The notes under the pieces were generated by a model. The model did no database searches. It saw nothing but the letters and a program-made list of their open reading frames with translations, and was not told where the DNA came from. From Ascoidea asiatica JCM 7603 (taxonomy: Eukaryota; Fungi; Ascomycota), in assembly GCA_001600695.1 (NCBI GenBank), contig BCKQ01000006.1, positions 262,600-326,599 of the forward strand: 64,000 nt of DNA, given 5' to 3'. The position numbers and the translations under genes were made by a program. Positions 56,452-64,000 of the stretch are shown one piece after another. How positions within the stretch are numbered: position 1 is the first letter of the stretch; each line of letters begins with the position of its first letter.

Positions 56452-58108
56452 ATGGAACATAAAATTGATTCTGAATACAGGCAGCTAACAGAAAAATTCA
56501 CAAGAACTTGTGGTAAGTAAAAAAAAAAGCACTTCTATATTTGAAATAATACACTAGAAATAGTCAAAGAATAAAGACTAACAACATCAAAATGTTCTAA
56601 CATATTGATATTAATTAGATTTCTATGAATTATTTTTTTTTGTAAGAAATGAAATAAAGCTTTATAATAATAGTCTTTGTACTATAAAATTTTCAAATGA
56701 GCTAAATTTTCCATTATTAATTAAATCATTAAGAATATTATGTTTAGAGAATTGTGGATTAGTTTTAACAGCAATTAGAAATGCTGAAATTAAAAATGGA
56801 GAGCCATCAATTTTACCAATGAGAAAAATATTATTTAAAGATATTTTTAGTGATAAATTTATGAAAGAAAAAATAAGTTATGATATTAATGATGAAATGT
56901 TATATGAACTTGATAAAGAATTTTTTGATTTTAAATATGATGCACCATTATTCAAATTATTTTTACTTAAAGATTATAAAACTTTAATCATTGTTGGTAA
57001 TCATGTTTTATATGATGGAGGAGCATATATTTTATTTTTTAGAGAATTATTAAAATGTTTAGTTAAAATTACTAATGAAACAAATGAATATGATGAATTT
57101 GATGTTAACAAATTTGAACTTGACAATTATAAAAATGAAGTTATGTTTGATCTTAAAAAAGATCATAAAAGTTTAAAAAATATGCCACCAGGATTAGATC
57201 AAGCAGTTGAAGATTGTAATGCATCACCATTATATGCAATTAAAGAACTTTTTAAAACATTTGCATCAGTACAAATGAGAGATATGAGAATATTTGGAGG
57301 ACCAATACCAAAATATTGGGGAGGATATAATACTTGTAGTTTTGAATCAAAACAAAAAACATATTATAAATTATTAAGAATTGAACCTGAATTTGTTAAA
57401 AAAATTACAAGAAATTGTAGAAAAAATGGAGTTACAGTTACACCATTTTTAGAAATTGCATATTATCTTATTTTAAATAAATATCTTCAATTAAATATTA
57501 AAAATGGAATTATTAAAAAGGGTGAATTTGGATATGATTATAATGCATTTAGAACATTTTTAGCAATTGATGGTAGAAGACATTATGTTAAAAAAGAAAT
57601 ACTTGAGAAAAATGATGTTTTATTTGGATGTTATGCATTACAACTTGATTATTATACAGAAGCCAATAAATTCAAAGAAAATGATAATGAATTTAATTGG
57701 GATTATGTTATTGAATCATCTAAGAAAATTATTAATATCACTCTGAATACTAGAGATCCTATTCATCATATGGCAATAATGAAATTTGTAAAACCAGAAA
57801 AGATTTTTTTATCAAATACTGGTAAATCCAGAGAATCAACATTTCAAATTTCAAATCTTGGATTAGTTGATTTTGAGAAATATATTGAGAATGAAAATTT
57901 AGAGAATAAAAAAAATTGGAAGATTATGGATATGGTTGGAAGCCAAAGTGTTGGACAAACAAGAACGTATATGAAGATGAATGTTGTTAGTACCAAAAAA
58001 GGAGGAATGTGCTTACAATTTTGTGCTTTGGAAGAAGGAAAGCTACCATTCAGTAAAATGATTGATGAATTAGGTGATTTCTTGAGATCTGATGAATATA
58101 TTTCCTAA
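56452..58108 (+). CDS. Alcohol acetyltransferase/acyltransferase family protein (Atf/Sli1-like), two exons 56452-56512 + 56619-58108, 516 aa
   Basis: HxxxDG catalytic motif (NHVLYDGG), TVTPFL, IDGRR and FQISNLG. Splicing restores a family-typical N-terminus (RTCDFYELFFFVRNEIKLYNN). Confidence 0.85.
56513..56618 (+). other. Spliceosomal intron (106 nt) in the acyltransferase gene
   Basis: 5' GTAAGT, branch candidates GACTAAC (~56576) and TTCTAAC (~56595), 3' TAG. The phase-1 join G|AT keeps the frame. Confidence 0.85.
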
Positions 58109-60281
58109 CTTAATTATTTTCATATACATTATTTGTTTTCATTTTCCTATATTTTCTGATCTATTCACTTTTAGAAGCTCTTTTTTTTCTTTATATTACT
58201 TTCTTTGAATCTTTTTACTTGGACTATATTGTTTGATTACCATTCAGTTATTATCATTTAACCCTATCATTAAATATTTCGAATAAACATCATCTATTAC
58301 CATTTCCATTAAAGATCATTATCAACAAACATTTCTATTCAATTTATTAGTGTTAACAGAAGACGATACCCGTGGGTGGGTCAGAAGCACCTCCATCTCG
58401 CTTATGTCAACATTCCTTTATTCCTGGCTCAGCAGCACAAAGCTGTAAACAACTGAGAAAAGCACTGCAACAGCAAAAACATCTGAGCATGCTTCTGAGT
58501 TAGTCAATGAAGAAGTTTGAGTTAGATTGTGCTCTATTGAATAATAATTAAAGATTGCTATTCCTTGCTCTTAGTTTTCATTTTATAAAACTTCCAATTA
58601 CTACAGAAATCATTTGTATTTTGAAAATCAAATGATTAATCATAGAATAGCAAAAAAAGTATCAGTGACTGACTACGTTGTTACAAGCGAATGAAAATGT
58701 AAATTATAAAATAAGCAAACTTACCTTCATTGATTTTTATGGTAAAGATTGCTAAAAAATAGAAGAACAAAATAAATATTCCTAGAAGTGATATCTTCGG
58801 GCTATTGGAGTATACAAATCAGAGTCTGTATTCCAAAGTACTCTGATACACAAAAAGTATAAAGTTGAGACTTAATTTCTTTTTGCTATTGTTCATATGT
58901 GAGAATTCTATAAAGCACGCAATAAAATACAGATTATAAAATAGAATCCACAGTTGAACTTCTATAGCTCATTGAATTATTTTTGCTCAACTTTATAATT
59001 TTGTTTTCTACTGCCTGATTTGAGAAATGATTGAATTTCTCAAGTATTCAATGAAAAAAATAGTCAAGTAAATACTATAAAGGGAAAATTTATATTCACT
59101 TTTTTGAAATATTTCCTTTGGCATTTAATTCGATTGGATTTTTGAAAATATTTCTAATTAACGATTATTTTTTTGAGCAGTTAATTTTATTTCCGAAAGA
59201 AGATAGAAATACTTTAGAAAAATGAAGAAATAAAAAGTTAATTTCAATGTTTTTTGAAGAAAACTTCATAGAAATTATTACATTGAGAAATTCAAAGTTC
59301 TATCACTAAAAATTTCATTTTAGAAATCAAGGTCAGAAAGATTATTGAAGAAAATTAGATTTGAAAAAAATTTAGCAATCTCACTTGATTGCTCACAAGT
59401 TGAACTTCAATCAATTTTAAGTTTTGCTTCAAATGCTTTTTCTAGAAAATACAAATCAAAATGAATAATTTATCAGAAGAGTTAAAGAAAGATCAAGGTC
59501 ATTATTCTGGATCAATCACTGAAGATGAAGTTAAAACAAAATGGGTATATTATATCAAAAAATGAAATCAAAAATTATCCTTTGTCTAAATCACCATATT
59601 TGTTGATGTATTTTGAAATATGATTTGATTGCTTTTCCTTTCTTACTTTTTTAAGTTCTTAAGTGTAAGATTCTAGAATCATTATATTTATAGTATATTA
59701 ATAGAAACTGAATTTTATGTATTCCACATATATTAAAAATTTGATTTATAAACAAAAAATCAGTTGCTTTTACTATCTTTTATGATTAATCACAATTAAT
59801 TTGATTAATTAATTTGATTAATCAAAAGATTCTATCTAAAAATTTATAAATAAAAATGTACACAAATGTATTAGGAGGCATTCGAATGCCAAGAAGCATT
59901 CTTTATCAAAATAAAGTTATGCTTCCGCACTGGTTCATAACCAACTTTAAAAAATAAACAACAATGGGAATAATAACAACAATAGAAATATAACAAAGAA
60001 TGCATTTTTAAAATAAAATATATATATTTATTTATTTTAATTTTTTTTGATTGCTTTATTTCACTCAAATCTTTTCAATTGTAATTTAATACTAAGTAAA
60101 ATGTAACAGGCAAAAATATTAATATAAAAGAAGGGCCTTCCTCCTTTTTCTTTTAATTTCTTCAAATTCTTAATTATATTTTCTTCTTTCTTCAAAGATT
60201 CTCAATTTGATTTTTTCCATATTAAATAACTAAACAATTACACTAATTAATATCTTTTATCAATAAAATAAAATTTCCAAG

Positions 60282-62000
60282 ATGACTATAAATATTTCAA
60301 CTGCAAATACTTATGCTTCTCATTTATCAATCAAAATTCAACAAGGTGAAGATATCAAATTACCATTTAATATCAATCTCAATAAATACACTTTAAGAAA
60401 CATTAAAAATAATTCTTTTAATTTTAATCCAATTGGTCTTTCTAAACTTATTCATCGTTATTCAAAATATAAAGAAGGAAGTGAACCTTCTTTATATGTG
60501 AGTAAAAAACACTCTAATGAGATTTTACCAGCTTTAGTTACAAATCCAAAATTAACTGGAGAACAAACAATTCCATTAATCAAGATTATAGCTCAATATA
60601 ATAACGCGCGTGAAACACATATTCCTTCTGGCGGTTCAATCAAAAATCCAATGTTTCATTCAGAATCAGTATTTGAAATTGAAAAAAATGGAACATTGAA
60701 TATTAAGTTATATTCAAATTTACCAGATTCTTTGGTTCCCGGTGATTTAGGTATAAATCCAAAAAAAATATATCTTGGTTCAGTGAAAGTTAAGTTAAAT
60801 CTTTTTAATAATTATCATCCTACAGCAAAATCTATCAATATTTGTAAAGATATAGTTTATTATGGAAAAGTTAATGGTAAATTAAAATTTTTATTAGAAT
60901 TTCAACCTTCTATTCTCTCTCCAAATTACTTATCTCTTTCTTTATTAAATGCTATAACAAGACCTATTGAAAAAACTCTTCCTCTTGAATTAATTAACTC
61001 AAAATTTTCTTCAAGCAATACAAAAATAAGTTTAGATGACTTCAAAGTAGAAAAACTTATTGGAAGTGGGGGGTTTGGTAAAGTTTTCTTGGTAACCAAC
61101 AAAAATAATAATAAAACTTATGCAATGAAATCCATTAATAAAACTTGTTTACTTGGAAGTGTACCATCCAATGAATTAATGACCGAACATAATATACTTT
61201 CAAAAGTTAAAAGTCCATTTATTGTTCCATTAAGATACTCTTTCCAAACAAAGAACGAATTATATTTAGTAATGGACTTCATTTGTGGAGGAGAACTATT
61301 TTTTCATTTGAGTAATTCATATGAATTTAGTTTATCAAGAGCAAAATTATATGCAGCTGAAATCATTTGTGCTTTAGATGCACTTCATAAAAAAGATATA
61401 GTTTATAGAGATTTGAAACTTGAAAATCTACTTTTGGATGAAGAAGGTCATATAAAACTGTGTGATTTTGGTTTATCTAAAGAAAATGCTAAAGAAAATA
61501 AAAAACTCTATTCAAAATGTGGAACTCCGGTTTATATTTCACCTGAAATGATAAAAAGAGAAGGCTACGGAAAAGCAATCGATTGGTGGGCGCTTGGTGT
61601 TTTATTATATACAATGTTGTTTGGGCGTTTACCATTTACAGGCAATAACTACTATCATTTAAAAGATTTAATTAAATATGCTCCAGTGAAGTTTCCTAAA
61701 AATGCAAATAAATTAGCAAAAGATCTTATAGAAAAATTATTAGAAAAAAAACCAAAAAACAGATTAGGGTACAATGGTTCTGATGAAATAAAAAAACATC
61801 CATTTTTTCATAAAATGGACTGGGATAAAGTAGCTAATAAAGAATACCAACCTGATTTCATACCATCTATTATTAATTTGAAAGATACTACTAATTTTGA
61901 AGACATGAGTTGGAAATCATCAGAACATTCAGACGATGTAGAAGAAGTAAGAGAGGAAAAACAAAAGCATTTCAAAGATTGGTCCTTTATTAGTGAATAG
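60282..62000 (+). CDS. AGC-family Ser/Thr kinase, divergent Ypk1/Ypk2/Gad8-like
   Basis: C2-like N-terminal region, GSGGFGKV, YAMK, SPFIVPLRYSFQT, GGELFFHL, YRDLKLEN, DFG, RLGYNGSDEIKKHPFF and hydrophobic motif FKDWSF. Confidence 0.88.
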   Translation: MTINISTANTYASHLSIKIQQGEDIKLPFNINLNKYTLRNIKNNSFNFNPIGLSKLIHRYSKYKEGSEPSLYVSKKHSNEILPALVTNPKLTGEQTIPLIKIIAQYNNARETHIPSGGSIKNPMFHSESVFEIEKNGTLNIKLYSNLPDSLVPGDLGINPKKIYLGSVKVKLNLFNNYHPTAKSINICKDIVYYGKVNGKLKFLLEFQPSILSPNYLSLSLLNAITRPIEKTLPLELINSKFSSSNTKISLDDFKVEKLIGSGGFGKVFLVTNKNNNKTYAMKSINKTCLLGSVPSNELMTEHNILSKVKSPFIVPLRYSFQTKNELYLVMDFICGGELFFHLSNSYEFSLSRAKLYAAEIICALDALHKKDIVYRDLKLENLLLDEEGHIKLCDFGLSKENAKENKKLYSKCGTPVYISPEMIKREGYGKAIDWWALGVLLYTMLFGRLPFTGNNYYHLKDLIKYAPVKFPKNANKLAKDLIEKLLEKKPKNRLGYNGSDEIKKHPFFHKMDWDKVANKEYQPDFIPSIINLKDTTNFEDMSWKSSEHSDDVEEVREEKQKHFKDWSFISE

Positions 62001-62336
62001 ATATAATATTAAAGTATAATTAGTTCAGTAGAGTTTTGTTTTGTAAATTTATTATTTTTTTTCTTTCTATTATTTTGAATATTTTTGTTTGATTTTATTT
62101 CATTTTTTTTCACATTTTTTCATAAACTTTTATAATTAAATGATTTTTTATTCTTTTACCTATAATAAATAACTCCCTTTAAGCACATTTTGTATTGTAA
62201 TGTTTGTTCGATATTTTCAAAGTAATATTGATAGGTGAGTAGAAGTTTTCCAATATTTCTTTAAATAACCACCATTTGCAAAGGAAAAAAATTTTAAACT
62301 TAATGTAGAAAAAAAAAAATATTGATGAGTTAAAAT

Positions 62337-63743
62337 TTATTGATTTTGAAAAGAATAGTTTGGTGGATCTTGATATTTTGGTAATATATCAAATTCATCT
62401 GTTTTATAATACCCAGTACTTTGAACACTTCTAATATAGCTTGTGTAATCTCGAAATTGATTATTTGATTTGTTGATATTTAATAATGAAGTATTTGGAT
62501 AGGATATTCTATTATTCAATAATTTGACATCTTTATTGAGATTATTTAGATTTAAATTCAAATTAACTAATCTGATATCATGAATAAGCTCAATAGTTTT
62601 TGAAACTGAGTTATTGAAATTAGAAAATTTACAAATTACAAATAAATCATAAGAATTTTTAATATTAATTGAATTAAAAGAGGAAAATAAATTGTTTGGA
62701 ATTATAACTTGATTTATTAAAGAGTTTGGAAATTTAAAAAAATTTTTGTTGTCTAAATCTGATTCTTGATTTCTGATTGATAGGGAGTTTGAGTCTAAAA
62801 TTGAAATAGGAATTCCAATTGCCAAATTAGTTAAGTTCAACAAATCTATGTTAAAAGTGATATCCTTATCATGTAATATACTTTTCAATTGGGAAAGAGA
62901 AATATTATTACGTAAGCTAATTTGAATTGATTGAAGATAAATCTTATGATCTGGAAATTTACTAAGTAGTTTAGGTATATTATTATTGTTGATACTGTTA
63001 TTATTATTACTATTATTATTAAAGTTAATAAAATTGAGATGTAAGCTCAAAAATGGAGATAAATTAGAATTGGTTAAAATATATGCTGGAGAATTGAATC
63101 TGATCTCAAATTGAAAATCATTTAAAAAAGTTCTCCTTATATAAAAATTTGATTTATAATCCGAAGTTAAATTTGATCTCATTGTATTATATGGGTAATT
63201 CAAAGAAGGACCTGATCTAAGTGAAGTCAATAATAAGGGATAATTTGGATTAAAGTTGAACGATTTTGAAAATCTAATTGGATTAGATAATGTAGTATTA
63301 ATAATATAAAAGTTTACTGAATAATCAATTTCAATCAATAGATTTGAATCCAAAGAGTCCCTCTTTAAAGATGGAGGTAAAAATTTTTCAGTTGAATCTG
63401 AAGTTTCAGTGAGATTGTTTGATAAAAAGGGTAATGAGAAAGAAAAAGCATAATTATAAGTTCCAGCAGGGAGTATAACCTTACTTGAGGCTAATGAAAT
63501 TGGGTTTAATAAATAAAGAAACCTTTCAGAGTTTATATTATATTTCGAAGTACCTTCCAAGGAAATAAAAATTGATGAAATGTTTGCTAATGGCTTTCTA
63601 AGATATAATTGAACAGAACCATTAACGTACTCGAAATTTGTGAAAAATGATTCATTTGGACCTCTATTTAGATTCTTATTGATATTGATCAAAGCAGAAT
63701 ACTCTAAACTTGAAGTTGAAATAGTATTAATAAAGCTCATCAT
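62337..63743 (-). CDS. Alpha-arrestin-like Rsp5 adaptor (Art10-like)
   Basis: Arrestin-N motifs (VNGSVQL..ISSIFISLEG, LPAGTYNYAFSFSLP, LPPS, IDYSV) and C-terminal PY motifs LPKY and PPNY. Confidence 0.78.
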   Translation of the reverse strand: MMSFINTISTSSLEYSALININKNLNRGPNESFFTNFEYVNGSVQLYLRKPLANISSIFISLEGTSKYNINSERFLYLLNPISLASSKVILPAGTYNYAFSFSLPFLSNNLTETSDSTEKFLPPSLKRDSLDSNLLIEIDYSVNFYIINTTLSNPIRFSKSFNFNPNYPLLLTSLRSGPSLNYPYNTMRSNLTSDYKSNFYIRRTFLNDFQFEIRFNSPAYILTNSNLSPFLSLHLNFINFNNNSNNNNSINNNNIPKLLSKFPDHKIYLQSIQISLRNNISLSQLKSILHDKDITFNIDLLNLTNLAIGIPISILDSNSLSIRNQESDLDNKNFFKFPNSLINQVIIPNNLFSSFNSINIKNSYDLFVICKFSNFNNSVSKTIELIHDIRLVNLNLNLNNLNKDVKLLNNRISYPNTSLLNINKSNNQFRDYTSYIRSVQSTGYYKTDEFDILPKYQDPPNYSFQNQ

Positions 63744-64000
63744 TTGAAGTAAAAAGTTAATTATATAATTGTTTGAAGAGAAGAATCTGCCAATTTTACT
63801 TTGAAATCTTTATTGTTTTTTTTTAAAAAAAAGAGCAACCCCATAATACAATTACTTTTGAAAGTATTTATACATTTTTAAAATTTCTTTTTTGTTCTAT
63901 AAGTGATTTTTTCTATTGTTTTTCGGTAAAAAATCTTTAAAAGACTTCACTATTGTTACTGATTGTTTTAGAACCTAACACAAAAACCATGATTATGAAT

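Overview
Very AT-rich budding-yeast (Saccharomycotina) chromosomal DNA with about 24 protein-coding genes. The AT content and pervasive poly-Asn inserts suggest an Ascoidea-like lineage, but that is inference only. Recognisable conserved genes are RIM1, a p24/ERP cargo receptor, TOS4, TRK1, OPY2, NUP116, a SAP185/190-type gene, an RBM42-like RRM protein, ASG1, SUB1, MRT4, ARA2, an alcohol acyltransferase (intron and first exon missed by the ORF track), a Ypk-type AGC kinase and an alpha-arrestin. I found no tRNA, rRNA, CRISPR array or recognisable transposon. The most notable observations are: (1) an intact 1052-aa Ccc2-like P1B-ATPase homologue that has lost every catalytic and metal-binding motif, i.e. 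a candidate pseudo-ATPase; (2) an FHA-only truncated paralogue of the TOS4 gene in this same window; (3) an orphan built from two diverged copies of a ~160-aa domain that may be remotely related to killer-toxin-like CSS2/KHS domains; (4) a tandem double-domain UPF0658-like membrane protein; (5) a bacterial-type CocE/NonD hydrolase next to the acyltransferase; (6) a Ypk paralogue with an altered activation loop; (7) a perfect 3x204-bp repeat inside NUP116; (8) rare CTG codons at positions that could test for CUG reassignment. All homology calls come from motif recognition by eye; no searches were run.
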